Source of the DNA: Podarcis melisellensis
Taxonomy: Eukaryota
Strand: one strand, 5' to 3'
DNA length: 64,000 nt
Assembly: GCA_964234715.1 (NCBI GenBank)
Contig: OZ174278.1
In this document: positions 63,217 through 64,000 of the stretch, one piece after another
Numbering within the stretch: the first letter of the stretch is position 1
How the letters are laid out: every line of letters begins with the position of its first letter
Translations under genes and position numbers: made by a program
The notes under the pieces: generated by a model
The model's input: the letters and a program-made list of their open reading frames with translations, nothing else
What the model was told of the DNA's origin: nothing
The model's database searches: none

Positions 63217-63751
63217 TATCAGCATATCGCGGTAGCTAGCTGCTGATATATCCTGATATTGAAAAACAGATGTTGCCCAGCCCTTGTAGGAGGGACACAG
63301 GTACTGCAGAACCAACCCTACTGAAATTAGGCTTGAAAAACATACTCTCTTGTAGCTGATAGAAGAGGTTGTGCCCATGACAGTGTCTCTACTCTACAAA
63401 TTTGCCCACCAACTAAAAAGTTTGGTGAAGCAGGTCCTGGGGCTTAATTCTGCTCCAAATTTTATCATGACACAAGAGTTAACATCCTCCTTAGTGTGAA
63501 CTTGTACCACTGATTTCTTTCTTGCATTGTTGATTTGGGGGCCAGGGGATCTTATTTGTCTATTGGGCTACCTTGAGCTCCTGCCGCTTACTAAGAACCC
63601 AGTATTTCACCTAGGTAATTTATTTTCTCTTTTGCTATGAGCCCCCTACCCCAGTATTTAACTTCCAAATTTCTGTTTCCTCCTCCAAGATTTTGTGATA
63701 GCCCAAGGAGGAATTTTAAGTTAATAATCAGAGGTCCAATGTACTCTTCTC

Positions 63752-64000
63752 TTCGTCTTGCGGTTTTTTCGTCTTGTGAAGCAAGCCCATTAGCGAATTA
63801 GTGCTATTAGCGGCTTAGCGGGCTTAGCAGATCAGCTGATAAGCGGCTTAGCGGATCAGCTGATAAGCGGCTTAGCGGATCTGCTGTTAAGCGGCTTAGC
63901 GGATCAGCTGTTAAGCGGCTTAGCGGATCAGCTGATTAGCGGCTTGGGAAAAGGGGGGTAGGAAAAAAACCCCGCAGGAACTCGCAAGACATTTTCGTCT
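63752..64000 (-). mobile_element. Inverted partial copy of the 62861 MITE family carrying a 24-bp minisatellite
   Basis: cttcgtcttgcggttttttcgtcttgtgaagcaagcccatt is near the reverse complement of ~63133-63170; runs off the window end. Confidence 0.75.
63821..63945. repeat. 24-bp minisatellite x5 (GGCTTAGCGGATCAGCTGWTAAGC)
   Basis: Five contiguous units counted at 63821, 63845, 63869, 63893, 63917. Confidence 0.92.

Noticed and set aside
63821-63945. CRISPR-like array of 24-bp partially palindromic repeats
   Set aside because: Units are contiguous with no unique spacers, lie inside a TIR element in a vertebrate genome, and no cas genes are present

Overview
Eukaryotic (vertebrate) genomic DNA, almost certainly from a squamate reptile and probably a lacertid lizard, judged from Sauria/Squam1-type and Squam3-type SINEs. 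The window holds one complete protein-coding gene on the + strand, RBM26 (PWI domain, RS region, CCCH zinc finger, Pro-rich tract, RRM1, coiled coil, RG/RGG tract, RRM2, acidic tail). I reconstructed 22 coding exons by hand from ATG 17948 to TGA 60279. All introns are GT-AG, phases are consistent, and the CDS is 3030 nt (1009 aa). The gene starts in a CpG-island promoter (~17.46-18.2 kb). The upstream 17 kb is intergenic and TE-rich: L1-like and L2 LINE 3' fragments with target-site duplications (TSDs), SINEs, hAT and Tc1/mariner-pogo MITEs, and a probable solo LTR. Nearly all ORFs in the supplied track are spurious or TE-derived. There is no prokaryotic system or CRISPR array. The most interesting unexplained signals concern RBM26 RNA processing: (i) a duplicated copy of the exon-15 3' splice site in intron 14 that reads VLSTSTLT-stop in frame, inside an intron with seven TGCATG (RBFOX-type) motifs; (ii) a candidate alternative last exon (ADGL-stop); (iii) TE-supplied sense poly(A) signals in introns 17 and 18; (iv) tandem acceptors. 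These are sequence-level hypotheses that need RNA-seq or conservation data.
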